Under the pieces are notes generated by a model, which had not been told where the DNA came from, made no database searches, and was given only the letters and a program-made list of their open reading frames with translations. Below are positions 1 to 10,407 of a stretch of DNA of 64,000 bases, in pieces (the first letter of the stretch is position 1; every line of letters begins with the position of its first letter). The stretch is taken from the IMG/VR virus record IMGVR_UViG_3300029288_000067, positions 160,067-224,066 of that record. One strand, 5' to 3'. This DNA comes from a virus. Lineage: Duplodnaviria; Caudoviricetes. The position numbers were made by a program, and so were the translations under genes.

Positions 1-289
1 GGGCTCGAATAATTGCAGTTTTACCCCGATTTGTTTCTCCAACAAAAGTATAAAACTTGGAATCTTCAAAATCTATTGTGAGGTCGGCAATGCTCTGAAA
101 ATTGACAATGCGAAGTCTGTACATTCTTTATTCCCTATTTTATTGGTATTTCCACGGTATAACTTGCAACCACCGGGTTATTTCCCCCTTGATAAGAACA
201 CCCAACAATTGACCCAAAAGACATGAAAAAGTAAAAAACAATGAAAGACACAATTGCTAAATTAATGAATTTGTTCATATCAAATACTT

Positions 290-742
290 TTAGGACCGTT
301 TCACACATACAACCTTTTCACACATCTTAATAAGTCTTCGGTTAATTCTTAATTCACCCCAGAGGGCAATATCATCCTCTTCGCTTTTAAACTTTTTCAA
401 ACATTTTTTTATCACGTTATGACAGGTTTTGATTTCCCCTCGATATTCTCGTAAACAATCCCTCGTAGCAGCAAGCATAGACCAATCCGGGTGAAATTTC
501 GATTCTTGATGTTTTTTAAGTTCTGCTTGCAGGCTTTCAATTTCATCAAGGGCTTCCTCTAAACCTTTATCAGCTTTTCCTGCCCCGAAAGTATGATCTA
601 TACATTTCCTAAGCTCTTGTATTCGTTCTGGCTTCATTATTTGTCCCTCTAAAACCCACATATATAAAAACGCCTCAACACACTGTAACGCATGTTGAGG
701 CATAAAATCAAGTTCTTTATGAGATAACCCGGTTACCGCCAC
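290..742 (-). CDS. hypothetical protein
   Basis: 150-aa ORF co-oriented with neighbours; the true start may be the internal MKPERIQ. Confidence 0.6.
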   Translation of the reverse strand: MAVTGLSHKELDFMPQHALQCVEAFLYMWVLEGQIMKPERIQELRKCIDHTFGAGKADKGLEEALDEIESLQAELKKHQESKFHPDWSMLAATRDCLREYRGEIKTCHNVIKKCLKKFKSEEDDIALWGELRINRRLIKMCEKVVCVKRS

Positions 743-1103
743 CGATAATCATCGGACCCTTTGGAGGGGTTACAATCCCGGAAAGCTGGCTCTTAATAGT
801 GTCTACGGTTTGAAAATAAGCACTCTTCAAATCAGCATCTTCAATCTCACAAAGGAATGCATCATACCCCATCCTCTTGAATTTCATGGTTCGAGAGACG
901 GGAAGAAGAGGCCGAAGATACGAGGTCTTTTTTGGCTCTTGTGTCGTGGGGTCTTTTTGTACCATCACATCTAAAACCATTGGCAGGTTCCAATAGGTTG
1001 TTCCGTCAGTACATGTATATTCCTCGAAACAAATAACTTCCAGGTTCTTTGTAAGAAAAGATCTGTAAACCATCCCGCCTTCTACACCAGTAATAGCCGT
1101 CAT
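717..1103 (-). CDS. hypothetical protein
   Basis: Long ORF trimmed to ATG 1103 (MTAITGVE), which has a GGAG RBS and avoids overlap with the upstream gene. Confidence 0.65.
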   Translation of the reverse strand: MTAITGVEGGMVYRSFLTKNLEVICFEEYTCTDGTTYWNLPMVLDVMVQKDPTTQEPKKTSYLRPLLPVSRTMKFKRMGYDAFLCEIEDADLKSAYFQTVDTIKSQLSGIVTPPKGPMIIGGGNRVIS

Positions 1104-1140
1104 TAAAAAATCTCCTTGTATTATACTTTCAAAACAATTG

Positions 1141-1377
1141 TTATTGTTTCTTTCTCCGAATGGGTTCAATGTGGGATTTCGTTTGATTCCTTGTGAGGGG
1201 TTTAAAATCTCTCGGAGGTTCTCCCCACATTTTAAATGTGGGGGCCGATACCAATCTAAATGCTGTGCTCCCACATTTGGGACAAACCTTCATATCTTCT
1301 ACATCTTTAATTGAAGATACAATCTCAAAAACATGCAGGCATTCCTCATTACTGCATCTAAAATCATACCATGGCAT
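1141..1377 (-). CDS. FmdB-family zinc-ribbon protein
   Basis: MPWYDFRC..C.HVFE...CPKCGS...RLVSAP matches the FmdB/CxxC_CxxC pattern. Confidence 0.85.
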   Translation of the reverse strand: MPWYDFRCSNEECLHVFEIVSSIKDVEDMKVCPKCGSTAFRLVSAPTFKMWGEPPRDFKPLTRNQTKSHIEPIRRKKQ

Positions 1378-1412
1378 CTATTTATTCTCCTGATATTGGT
1401 TTTGATATTTAA

Positions 1413-1697
1413 TCACAGATTGACTTTTTTTGCAAGAACTTCTGGATCAAAATATACTTCTTTTGTTCTCCCGAATTTATCCGTGATAATTTTTGAATAT
1501 GCTTTTGCAATCGGGCAGCAAAAGGACTCACAAAATTGTGGTTTTCCTACTTTAATCATGCAACAATCAACAATTCTTCCTTTTTTGTGTGCAAGGATTC
1601 TACAATGCTTGAATTCATCGAATCCTTTTCTTTTTGCTTCCAAAACAGGGGGTTCCGGGGCGCATTGACCACAAGTGGGGCATTTATACATATTCAA
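1413..1697 (-). CDS. Cys-rich hypothetical protein
   Basis: CPTCG and several Cys clusters; overlaps the nrdG stop. Confidence 0.6.
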   Translation of the reverse strand: MNMYKCPTCGQCAPEPPVLEAKRKGFDEFKHCRILAHKKGRIVDCCMIKVGKPQFCESFCCPIAKAYSKIITDKFGRTKEVYFDPEVLAKKVNL

Positions 1698-2271
1698 CGT
1701 AGTCCTGCCAAAAAATAGGTATTTGAGGGTACTTCTTCAAAAATTCTTTTATTGGTTCGATCTCAATGCCTGGATATTTTGTTACACGGAATTCAAAGGG
1801 AATGTTGTGCTCAATGCAAGAATCAAAAGACTTGGAAATTTTATACAGATATTCATCATCAGAGATATCAGATTCTATTACTTTTTTCACATCTTTTGCT
1901 GCTTTTATATCAAAAGAGTACATATCCACCATTTTGAATTCGTTGCAGTACGCAATAATATCACAGTTGAAAGCATTGGAGAAAATTTTAACTTTTAGTT
2001 TAAAGGATTTGATTATCTCAATCAACCCTATTAGATCTTTTCCCCATACCGTAGGCTCTCCTCCGGAAAGAACAACAGCAGTGTGCAGGGGATTTAGATT
2101 ATCAATTAAAAGATTATTCACAGATTCTTTTAGCCACTTATCCGGATCATAAATAAATCCCTTAGAGTGGCAAAAAGAGCAGCGGAAATTACAAAGAGCA
2201 CAACAAATTCCAAGAGATATTTCATTTTTATACTCTTGAAAAACTTCCGGGATAATCTTGGCAACTCTCAT
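1684..2271 (-). CDS. nrdG: anaerobic ribonucleotide reductase activating enzyme (radical SAM)
   Basis: CNFRCSFC (CxxxCxxC), LSGGEPT; near nrdD. Confidence 0.9.
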   Translation of the reverse strand: MRVAKIIPEVFQEYKNEISLGICCALCNFRCSFCHSKGFIYDPDKWLKESVNNLLIDNLNPLHTAVVLSGGEPTVWGKDLIGLIEIIKSFKLKVKIFSNAFNCDIIAYCNEFKMVDMYSFDIKAAKDVKKVIESDISDDEYLYKISKSFDSCIEHNIPFEFRVTKYPGIEIEPIKEFLKKYPQIPIFWQDYVEYV

Positions 2272-2435
2272 TTTTTAGCTGCTTCCATGCATTTCTTGCA
2301 TTTTTGCAAAGATTTCATTTTCAAGAAAATATTCTTATCCGTTAAGAACTTATCGCCTTTCACCTTCAACACTTCGACTTTTTCTCCACAAACAGTGGAT
2401 TTTTCATCCTTCCGTAAATGAACTAACATTTTCAT
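2268..2435 (-). CDS. small Cys/His protein (55 aa)
   Basis: Manually translated MKMLVHLRKDEKSTVCGEK...CKKCMEAAKK; ATGA overlap with nrdG. Confidence 0.55.
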   Translation of the reverse strand: MKMLVHLRKDEKSTVCGEKVEVLKVKGDKFLTDKNIFLKMKSLQKCKKCMEAAKK

Positions 2436-2449
2436 TCCCCTTTATGGAT

Positions 2450-2479
2450 AGCTCCCCGGAAAATATTTTCCGGGGAGCT
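2450..2479. terminator. perfect 30-bp palindrome after nrdD
   Basis: AGCTCCCCGGAAAAT/ATTTTCCGGGGAGCT. Confidence 0.6.
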
Positions 2480-2485
2480 TATTTT

Positions 2486-4492
2486 TTACGCATTCGTTTC
2501 AATTTCTGCCAAGATGTTTGTGTTGTCATAAGAGTGTCTTCCGGGGTAATCCACCATTCTTCGCACCTTATTCCACGCAGACACCTTACTAAGATATCCC
2601 ACAACACGAGTGTATTCATTCACAATTTTTTCTTTACAGGCGGGGCATTCCTTTTGTTTACCGATGCTGTAATGTCCCGAAGCACATTCAACAAAAGCCC
2701 GATTAATTGCAAAATAGGTTGTTCCTGATTTTCGAGCTTGATTCAAAAGCATGAAGAACTGATCCGGAGTTAAAGCTTCTGCATCGTGCAAAGTAATATG
2801 CAGAATTGCGCCCCCGGAAGTCAAAGAATCATATGTTCCTTGCAGTTTAAATCGATCATATATGGAGGCTTCTTCCCACAAAGGGAGATACTGATTTGAA
2901 TATAGGTCAAATTTATTGGGGTTGTATCCAAGGATTGTATCCAATTGACATAGTTTAACCGCTTGGGATTCTGCAGGAATTTGCTCACAATTCCAAATTG
3001 TTCCCTCAATTTCTTGCCAATGAATTAATTTGGATTCTATTTTCTTGAGAAGTTTAACCCCTTCTACAATGGCAGATTCATCAGTTGCCTTCAAACCTTT
3101 ATTCTTAAAGTATTCATGCATTCCCACAAAACCTACCGTAGAGTATTGTCTCTTCAAAGAAATCCATCCAGAGGTATAAAGAGGGAGTGTGCCGGATTCA
3201 ATATTGTGTTCAATCAGTTTTCGATGTGATGCAAGGATATTGTGTAAACATTGTGTTGTTTCTTCAAAAATATTGGGGTTGTCTTTTTCCAACAGAGCCA
3301 TTCTTGGAAGATTGATGCCCGCACAACGATGGGATCCAATAGATAATCCACCAACCCCGAAAGAGTTTGTATATCCAAGGCTTGAGCTTTTTGCAAGGTC
3401 CAGTTTCAAACGACAACAAGAGCTATATGATGTGGGTTCTCCAACGTACATGTTACCAAGACATTTTTCAGAGTTGATACTGCACACCCATTTTACGAAA
3501 TCCGGGTCGATGAAATTTCCTTCAGGATCTTTTGAAATTGCCAGAGTCATAACAGGGAAAGTAAACAACCCTTCTTTTGAATTTATCTCGGTATAATATT
3601 CAAAAAAGGATTTGGACAACTCCGAAGAAGATTGCACATTTGCTTTTGTGTTGTCGGGAAGAATATAATCCTGTCCATTGATCCCTTCTTTTGTGAAAAG
3701 AGCTTTCATAAACCCCGAATCCATAACAGATAGGTTCGTAAAAGCAGATTGTCCCGCCCCCCGAAATGGGAAGTTTACGGAATAAATCCAGTTCTGAAAT
3801 AAATTCTTGAGATGGGAGGAGATGATGGGGTCTGTTTTGATTCTTTGCGAATAATCCTCTCCAAATTCTTTCCGAAGGTACCAGTCAAGGCATACGAAAA
3901 AATCGGGGAAGGAGGCCGCCCCGGCAATTTGATTACTAATATATGCAACAGTCTGGATCATAAGAGTAATAAATGTGTCAGATCGTTTGGGTGGATGAAT
4001 CTTAAAGTTGCCTTTGAAGAAATTCATTCCTCCGAAAAGAAGGTTGCGAAGATCAAAAGAAAAACAGTAGGGGTAGTTATATTTTGTGGCATCATTTAAG
4101 AAAATTTCACCATTCATCAACTTCTCTAATGCAATATCTGCATCTTTTTTACTGTAACACTTTTCAACCCACTCATACATCGTTGCAATAGAATTCAATT
4201 TCTGTAAAGCTTTTGTACTTTCAGCATCATAATGACTAATATTTTTTTCCGAGACGTTTGCATTATCATCTACGGAAACATCTGCAATATTTGCAACAGA
4301 TTTACTGAAAAAATCTTCAGAAAACAATGCAATATCCAGATTTCTATTGGCAATACCAGAAACTTCAAAAACAGGATCCCCGTATTTTCTGTGCAATCGA
4401 TTGAGGGTATTGATAAAATTTCGATTGAACGTATGGCTTACGGAATATTCTTTCAAATTATCTGGAATTTGCTCAATAGGAATAGCGGTCAT
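2486..4492 (-). CDS. nrdD: class III anaerobic ribonucleoside-triphosphate reductase
   Basis: SSCCRL active-site motif, C-terminal Zn Cys pairs, glycyl-radical motif TRVVGY; no ATP cone. Confidence 0.95.
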   Translation of the reverse strand: MTAIPIEQIPDNLKEYSVSHTFNRNFINTLNRLHRKYGDPVFEVSGIANRNLDIALFSEDFFSKSVANIADVSVDDNANVSEKNISHYDAESTKALQKLNSIATMYEWVEKCYSKKDADIALEKLMNGEIFLNDATKYNYPYCFSFDLRNLLFGGMNFFKGNFKIHPPKRSDTFITLMIQTVAYISNQIAGAASFPDFFVCLDWYLRKEFGEDYSQRIKTDPIISSHLKNLFQNWIYSVNFPFRGAGQSAFTNLSVMDSGFMKALFTKEGINGQDYILPDNTKANVQSSSELSKSFFEYYTEINSKEGLFTFPVMTLAISKDPEGNFIDPDFVKWVCSINSEKCLGNMYVGEPTSYSSCCRLKLDLAKSSSLGYTNSFGVGGLSIGSHRCAGINLPRMALLEKDNPNIFEETTQCLHNILASHRKLIEHNIESGTLPLYTSGWISLKRQYSTVGFVGMHEYFKNKGLKATDESAIVEGVKLLKKIESKLIHWQEIEGTIWNCEQIPAESQAVKLCQLDTILGYNPNKFDLYSNQYLPLWEEASIYDRFKLQGTYDSLTSGGAILHITLHDAEALTPDQFFMLLNQARKSGTTYFAINRAFVECASGHYSIGKQKECPACKEKIVNEYTRVVGYLSKVSAWNKVRRMVDYPGRHSYDNTNILAEIETNA

Positions 4493-4611
4493 ACAGAAAA
4501 GCTCCTGATGGTTTAAAATTCAGTCCGGTATTAATGAGGGTCTCACGATGATATTACTATATAATTTGTATCATTTTTCATAACAATAATCTGAGATATT
4601 CTACCACAATT

Positions 4612-4806
4612 TCAGGCTTTGTCAATCTCTTCTCTTATTCTTTTATTCTCTTTTTCTTCTTCGGCTAATAAAATGAAATAGCAAGCTTCCTTACGACAAG
4701 AACATTTAAAAACTTTGTATCTGCCGCAAGATCCACCCCGACAATGATCTTTTATATTTGAATTCTCTTGTTCTAGGGCTTTCTTATTCCTCTTATTTTT
4801 TGCCAA
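4612..4806 (-). CDS. hypothetical protein
   Basis: 64-aa Cys-containing ORF in strand context. Confidence 0.45.
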   Translation of the reverse strand: MAKNKRNKKALEQENSNIKDHCRGGSCGRYKVFKCSCRKEACYFILLAEEEKENKRIREEIDKA

Positions 4807-4818
4807 AGGACAATCCTA

Positions 4819-5271
4819 TCAATCTGGAATTCTTACATCATCATCTCTTGGAGTTAATTCTTTATCGTACAAATAACGATCCCAACGACCTTCATATTCT
4901 TTGGAAATAACATTCATAATCTTTGCACAACGATTTTGAATGTCTACATTGTCTTTTGCAACTTTTTGCAAATCCTGAACCAATTTATTAAATTCATTAA
5001 TTAATTCAGGGATTTCTTGACATTTTGGTTTATCCCCATGCACAGGACAAATTTTTTCTGCCTTCTTTGTTATTGATGGCTTTTCCTTAGCTCTTTCGCT
5101 GCTTCCTACGAAGTATTTGTTCCACAATGGGATCGCTATTATCCCGAATACTAAGACTATACTCATGAAAATCAGGTCTTCGGGAGTTGTCAACTTCGAT
5201 ACAATCTTTTCTATGACTTTCACAAACAGTTCTATTACCATGTCTGCTCTCCCAAAAAATTGCGACTCCAC
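4819..5271 (-). CDS. membrane protein with coiled-coil tail
   Basis: TM segment LIFMSIVLVFGIIAIPLW; probable start at the internal MVIELF. Confidence 0.6.
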   Translation of the reverse strand: MESQFFGRADMVIELFVKVIEKIVSKLTTPEDLIFMSIVLVFGIIAIPLWNKYFVGSSERAKEKPSITKKAEKICPVHGDKPKCQEIPELINEFNKLVQDLQKVAKDNVDIQNRCAKIMNVISKEYEGRWDRYLYDKELTPRDDDVRIPD

Positions 5272-5369
5272 TTACAACACCGATAATTATTCCATAAAGA
5301 ATAAAAGATACTAAAGCGTCAATCATTCTAATACTCCTTAAACCATCAGGAATTTATCGACAATAAAAA

Positions 5370-5400
5370 AGCAACCATGCACATAATCTGTGTGGTTGCT
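5370..5400 (-). terminator. probable intrinsic terminator
   Basis: AGCAACCATGCA..TGTGTGGTTGCT hairpin with an A-run on the left (U-run on the minus strand). Confidence 0.55.
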
Positions 5401-5733
5401 CATATTTAAATTGTCGAGTAGATTCTGCATTTGTAACATCCCAACATTAAAAATCTTCAAGGATGTTTAATGCAACATGTTTTTAATAGATCCTATTTTC
5501 CCGGGAATAAAGGGGCCGAAATAAGATCTCCCCATTCCCGTAAAACAAGCCCCTTACCCCATTTTTTTTGCAACACTTTGAAAACTGTCCACCCTAACCC
5601 CGTTATTGCCCCACGGGTTTCTATGTCTCTCCGACAAACAAGGCATTTACACATTCTTTGTAAAGCTTCCGAAAGACCTTGTTTTTCAGTTGTCTCACAA
5701 AGGTTGCAGTATTTTATCACTATTTTTACCCTT

Positions 5734-6111
5734 TTAATGAATTCGGTACATGCGGAGGGGAAGATCAATCTTTTTCTTATCCACGGTTGCACCCCAAATC
5801 AATGCAGCAAAAAATGCCTCTACAATTTCATAGGGAGTGTCCAACCTAAATTCCCGCATAACAGGTGTTTTACCGTAGAAAGCCAAACGAAAACTATCTC
5901 CTTGCGGGGACATAAAAATATCCACATAGGGAAGATTCTTTATTGGAATTTTATGCGGGAAGTTTTGTTGAAATCTTATAACATCCATTTTAAGAGATTT
6001 GTTTTCTTCATCAGAAAATTCAACATCTTTTAACAAAAAGGATTTCAACTCTCCCCCGTATTTTTGTTCAATAAAGAGTCTTAATTTATGGATATAATCA
6101 ACCGGGGTCAT
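5734..6111 (-). CDS. hypothetical protein
   Basis: 125-aa ORF in a tightly packed operon. Confidence 0.65.
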   Translation of the reverse strand: MTPVDYIHKLRLFIEQKYGGELKSFLLKDVEFSDEENKSLKMDVIRFQQNFPHKIPIKNLPYVDIFMSPQGDSFRLAFYGKTPVMREFRLDTPYEIVEAFFAALIWGATVDKKKIDLPLRMYRIH

Positions 6112-6307
6112 TTTCTGGTAATGGCTCCGTTACGGGCTCCCCTTCTTTTACTTTTTCCGCCAGCTTAGAAATAGAATGCTTTGGGGCCTTTTTCAGATCT
6201 GCTAAAAAGGCCCGTCTTTGTTTTCGATTCATTTGATTCATATGCTCCCGAAGAGGAATCTTAACCCCATTAGCCACATAGGACAATTCATCAATATTGA
6301 TTGTCAT
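6098..6307 (-). CDS. hypothetical protein
   Basis: 69 aa, MNRKQRR basic motif, translational overlaps on both sides. Confidence 0.6.
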   Translation of the reverse strand: MTINIDELSYVANGVKIPLREHMNQMNRKQRRAFLADLKKAPKHSISKLAEKVKEGEPVTEPLPENDPG

Positions 6308-6840
6308 GCTTTTGGTGCTTCCTTAACAGTAAAAGTTACTTTATACCCTAGAGCATAGTAGCTCATAAAGCGAAAGAATATGCTTCTCCAATAAATACGC
6401 ATTTGATAACCATATTGAGCTTTCAATACTTCTGAAGAGGGGGGTTGTTCCCCTTTCCAACCTTTATTAAAAATGGTCACAAAATTATCAAATTGCTTGA
6501 ATGATGGGGCCGATTTATCACACTCCATAAAGTAATCATCTTTGAAAGTCCCCGAATTTCCTTTATCCAATTCCCGAATAAGAGCAATGCAGATTGCAGA
6601 TTTATTCGGGAAATCAGTAATAAACTTATGATCGCCCTCAAAAACTTCCGGGGCATACAACCAACTCCCTGGAACATAATAAGACGCAGAAATAACTTCT
6701 TGCGCGGGGGGAAGGGTATCATTTGGTGGTTCCACTTTTACAGCATATTGAACTCCCACCGGAATTTTATTCTTAACTTCCGGAACAATATTTGTTTCTT
6801 TTTGAACTTCTTTTGCAACTTCTTTTTTCTTACGAGCCAT
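6304..6840 (-). CDS. hypothetical protein
   Basis: 178-aa ORF with RBS. Confidence 0.7.
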   Translation of the reverse strand: MARKKKEVAKEVQKETNIVPEVKNKIPVGVQYAVKVEPPNDTLPPAQEVISASYYVPGSWLYAPEVFEGDHKFITDFPNKSAICIALIRELDKGNSGTFKDDYFMECDKSAPSFKQFDNFVTIFNKGWKGEQPPSSEVLKAQYGYQMRIYWRSIFFRFMSYYALGYKVTFTVKEAPKA

Positions 6841-6851
6841 TTATATTTTCC

Positions 6852-7337
6852 TCAACTTGAAATAGATTGATTCAAAAACTCTTCGAATTTTGTAATTAAA
6901 ATTCGAACATGCTCCCGGAGCAATTCCATAGACGTTGGTTCCCAAGGAACTTGCAGTAAAGTCATACCAACATCACTTAGCAATTTATCTGCTTTTCGCA
7001 TGTTGCATCGTTGGCAGGATGCAACACAATTTTTGAAATGACTGGTTCCCCCTTTGGACCGGGGAATAACATGATCTATTGTGATAGAGGATTTTGTTAA
7101 ATCCTTCCCACAATATTGACATCGATATCGGTCCCGCAAATAAACTGCGCGATTGGTGTATTTGAGTGGTTTCTTCACAATTTTTTGTCGATAATGCAAC
7201 AACTGTAGAATATCGGGAAGTAAAAAATTTGCTTTTTTAAGATAATTCAACTTCATCGCTCTTTTCCAAGAAATAGAGCGAAGAGGTGTGAAAACTTTAT
7301 CAATCAGTAAAACACTGTTTGATAGGCTATCCTGCAT
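6852..7337 (-). CDS. HNH endonuclease (McrA-like)
   Basis: RDRYRCQYCG...TIDHVIPRSKGG...NCVASCQRCN.RK. Confidence 0.92.
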   Translation of the reverse strand: MQDSLSNSVLLIDKVFTPLRSISWKRAMKLNYLKKANFLLPDILQLLHYRQKIVKKPLKYTNRAVYLRDRYRCQYCGKDLTKSSITIDHVIPRSKGGTSHFKNCVASCQRCNMRKADKLLSDVGMTLLQVPWEPTSMELLREHVRILITKFEEFLNQSISS

Positions 7338-7569
7338 ATTTTTCTTGGAACAATACATCCACATATTCTTTTAAGTTTGTTTTCTTCACTTGTTCGGCAA
7401 TTTCAACAACTTCTTCGGGAGCTAAGTTTTCTCGAACAATTTTACACACATAATCGGGCTCAGTATAGGCATCCAGACAAAATTCATCTCTCAAATATGA
7501 AAAAGTGGGGTTGGTTGTATACAATTTCTTAATAAATGTCCCAACTTTAACAATAGCTTTGGAATCCAT
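7327..7569 (-). CDS. hypothetical protein
   Basis: Trimmed to the MDSKAIV start with GGAG RBS. Confidence 0.6.
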   Translation of the reverse strand: MDSKAIVKVGTFIKKLYTTNPTFSYLRDEFCLDAYTEPDYVCKIVRENLAPEEVVEIAEQVKKTNLKEYVDVLFQEKYAG

Positions 7570-7570
7570 A

Positions 7571-8059
7571 CTACTTTTTAATACTCCTGTTTTCTGAATA
7601 GAATTTGAATAGAACAAAGAACTTGAAGTAAATCAAATCTACCGCATTATCCCGGTACGTGTCAATATCTTTTGGTGTTTTGTTGGAAAAAAGAAAAGAG
7701 ATGTATTTCTTCGATTGCGTGTGAGCTTCAGATGTTTTGATGAATACAAAGAAATTCTCGATTTTGGGGAGTATAGCCTCTCGATATCTTTTCCAATCTT
7801 TGAACAAATTTCCAATTTGATTTTCCTCACTACTGTTCAAAAAGGATTTGGATATTGTACATCTATATCCTTTCGGAAATTTTTCCGTGGGAAGGGTCAA
7901 GAGATACTGATAAGCCTGTAAGGGGTCCGTGAATGTTTTACCGGCCCCAAGATAAATAACATCATTCTTTGGGGTAACCGGAACATCAATTTTTTCTTCC
8001 TCCGGAGGATCATTCACACCCAAATATGAAAAGGACTCCATAAAGAGATTTTTATTCAT
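7571..8059 (-). CDS. hypothetical protein
   Basis: 162-aa ORF overlapping the upstream stop. Confidence 0.65.
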   Translation of the reverse strand: MNKNLFMESFSYLGVNDPPEEEKIDVPVTPKNDVIYLGAGKTFTDPLQAYQYLLTLPTEKFPKGYRCTISKSFLNSSEENQIGNLFKDWKRYREAILPKIENFFVFIKTSEAHTQSKKYISFLFSNKTPKDIDTYRDNAVDLIYFKFFVLFKFYSENRSIKK

Positions 8060-8625
8060 TCAAAAACTCTTGGAATACCATTTTTACAATACACTTGATA
8101 CTGTGTCGTTGGCAAAGCCTGAAACCATTTACTAATGTTCAGCACATGTTCTTGAAAACGAGCTTCACGAGAGCTTCCAATAGCAACCATACCATATTTC
8201 GATAAAGCCACGTAACAAGAGTAAATCTTTCTAATTTCCTTCAAATTGATATGAGACCTCAAAGAATATTCACAAACCCCCGGGCCAAATAGAGAGAAGT
8301 CCCACTCTCCTAGAGAAATATTCATATTTGGGAGGATTGCCCGTTTATTGATATTTTTGGGCATATGTCCAAAAGTTCTGCAGGTCAAAGGACGAATATC
8401 GTAAACCCCACAACCCTTCTCGGTTCGATAAGGACACCCAGAAGTGTATTCGAATGGAGTAAAGTTCCGATACATACGGATAAGTTCCGGGAGGGTCATC
8501 CAAATGACATCGTTGGTGCAGCATTTGTTGCAATCACTAACACAAGAAACCTGTGAGGCTTGGTCTGCCCAAGTATACAGGGTATCCAAATCTTTGTAAG
8601 TCTCCGAGAAATCGATCAATTTCAT
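8056..8625 (-). CDS. YkgJ/CxxCxxCC-family Fe-S or Zn cluster protein
   Basis: CVSDCNKCC ... CPY...GCGVYDIRPLTCRTF. Confidence 0.85.
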   Translation of the reverse strand: MKLIDFSETYKDLDTLYTWADQASQVSCVSDCNKCCTNDVIWMTLPELIRMYRNFTPFEYTSGCPYRTEKGCGVYDIRPLTCRTFGHMPKNINKRAILPNMNISLGEWDFSLFGPGVCEYSLRSHINLKEIRKIYSCYVALSKYGMVAIGSSREARFQEHVLNISKWFQALPTTQYQVYCKNGIPRVFE

Positions 8626-8638
8626 TTATATCTCCGTA

Positions 8639-9106
8639 TTATTTGATCCAGTTGAATGCTCTTGCACCAATAACAGGGGCAACAAATCCAAGAACAAAAT
8701 TCAAATTTCTCTGAAACCGGGATCTTCGAACAGTTGTGTTCGCCTGTTTTTGCATTGCAGAGTAATTTTCATGCCATTCGGAAATAATGCTCTTATAGGA
8801 GGTAATAGATTCCCGGTAAATAGCAATAGACTCTTGTTTCATTTTGTCCAAGTCTTTATATTTATCGATCAAAGCATCCTGTAATGCCTTCATTTGTCTA
8901 TAGTTCTCCAACAATTCCTTGTATTCTTTTACCAACTCCTGATTCTTCTCGGCAGATTCCATTTTCTCTTTCATCTTATTCAATTCGGGGAGAGAGAAAA
9001 ACAAACCCTCTTCCTTAGCAATAAAAGGCTTGCCCGGTTTTACCACCTCGGTTGCATAGATGGAAGAAGAAATAAAAATGAACAGCAAACACAATTTTTT
9101 AAACAT
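8639..9106 (-). CDS. secreted coiled-coil protein with C-terminal hydrophobic segment (spanin-like)
   Basis: Signal peptide, long heptad region, C-terminal FVLGFVAPVIGA. Confidence 0.6.
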   Translation of the reverse strand: MFKKLCLLFIFISSSIYATEVVKPGKPFIAKEEGLFFSLPELNKMKEKMESAEKNQELVKEYKELLENYRQMKALQDALIDKYKDLDKMKQESIAIYRESITSYKSIISEWHENYSAMQKQANTTVRRSRFQRNLNFVLGFVAPVIGARAFNWIK

Positions 9107-9112
9107 ATTTTC

Positions 9113-9478
9113 TCACTTTCCTACAATGGTATCCCAGTATTTTTTGGAGTCTTCTGCGGAGGTATCTGGAACAACCACAACAGGTTTATTCTCCACAGTA
9201 GACACTTGACCCTCTTTATCTTTGATGGTCTGATTTAAATCAGAAACTTTGCGAGAATCCTTCTCAATCTCTTTTTCAATTTCAGCCGGTTTACTCGTCT
9301 CCGTGGGGGCAGTCGAAACCCGACCGTCCGTAAATCCGGTTTGTACCAATAAGTCATCCGGTTTTTTCGGTACTTTGGTATTTTGAGATCTCCACCAAAA
9401 GTAGAATAACAAAACCAGAATAAAAGAGACTAAGAAGACTCCCACACCCACGTACAAATAAATAGTATTGATTGCCAT
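9113..9478 (-). CDS. N-terminally anchored membrane protein (possible i-spanin-like)
   Basis: N-terminal TM followed by a charged coiled region. Confidence 0.6.
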   Translation of the reverse strand: MAINTIYLYVGVGVFLVSFILVLLFYFWWRSQNTKVPKKPDDLLVQTGFTDGRVSTAPTETSKPAEIEKEIEKDSRKVSDLNQTIKDKEGQVSTVENKPVVVVPDTSAEDSKKYWDTIVGK

Positions 9479-9962
9479 AGTTTAGGTATTATACTCCATG
9501 TCCTAAAAGTTTTAAAGGTTTTTATTTCCTTGTATTTTCTCCCCTTTTTTCTTATTGGAATATGAGAGAGAATTGTACGGTTAGTTTTCTTTGATTTTTT
9601 CTAAACCCCCCCAAAAAAGGGTATTCCTTGCCCCCCCCTTTAATGTAAGAGGTTGATTCAAACTCTGTGGTATCTCATGAAATATCTCTTTCCTAGCAAA
9701 ATATATAAAAACCCAAAACAAATACAAAAACCTAGGAAAGAAGACAAACTCACCTCCGTACTCTATCATGAGTTTGAATCAAAGTCAACCCTAAAGATTT
9801 GCCTTTTTTAGTGCTAAACTGCACAGGTTTTGTGAGAAAAACGGAGAAGAATGTACAAAAACCTCGGCAAGAGCCCGACCCCAACCGGTTTTGTGGGGAC
9901 ATCTTCCAAGACAGAAATTTTCTCATTTTGCTACGGTTTCACTCTGAATGTTAAAAACTCTT

Positions 9963-10407
9963 GGAGATCTTCATTGGGTGCATGTCTCAGCATGTTTTGA
10001 TACTTAAAAAATTCAAAAGTATCTATAATGTATTATTTTTCTGATAATATCCGGAGACTCTCATTGGATGCACATCACAGCATGTTTTGATACTTAAAAA
10101 ATTCAAAAGTATCTATAATGTATTATTTTTCTGATAATAGGCTCGGAGATCTGCATCCGGTAAGGGTCTCCATACATTTTGAGACAAATATATTCAAAGG
10201 TCTCAATAATGTATTATTTTTCTGATAATAGAGGAGATACACATTGGGTGCTGATCTCCAAAGGTTTGAGGTTTAATCAGTTAAAAAGTATCAATAATGT
10301 ATTATTTTTCTGATAATAGCTGGAACCCTGCATCAGATGCACATCCCATCAAATTTTGAGACAAATATATTCAAAGGTCTCAATAATGTATTATTTTTCT
10401 GATAATA
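9963..10407. repeat. five tandem ~90-nt structured repeats
   Basis: Invariant ATAATGTATTATTTTTCTGATAATA at 10025, 10115, 10206, 10294 and 10383; the intervening parts are homologous to each other. Confidence 0.92.

Noticed and set aside
6852-7337. HNH gene as an intron/intein homing element
   Set aside because: Free-standing in an operon; neighbours and nrdD appear uninterrupted.
9963-10407. CRISPR array interpretation of the 25-nt repeats
   Set aside because: Intervening segments are 63-66 nt and homologous to each other (units 1/2 and 3/5 nearly identical in part); no cas genes in the window.
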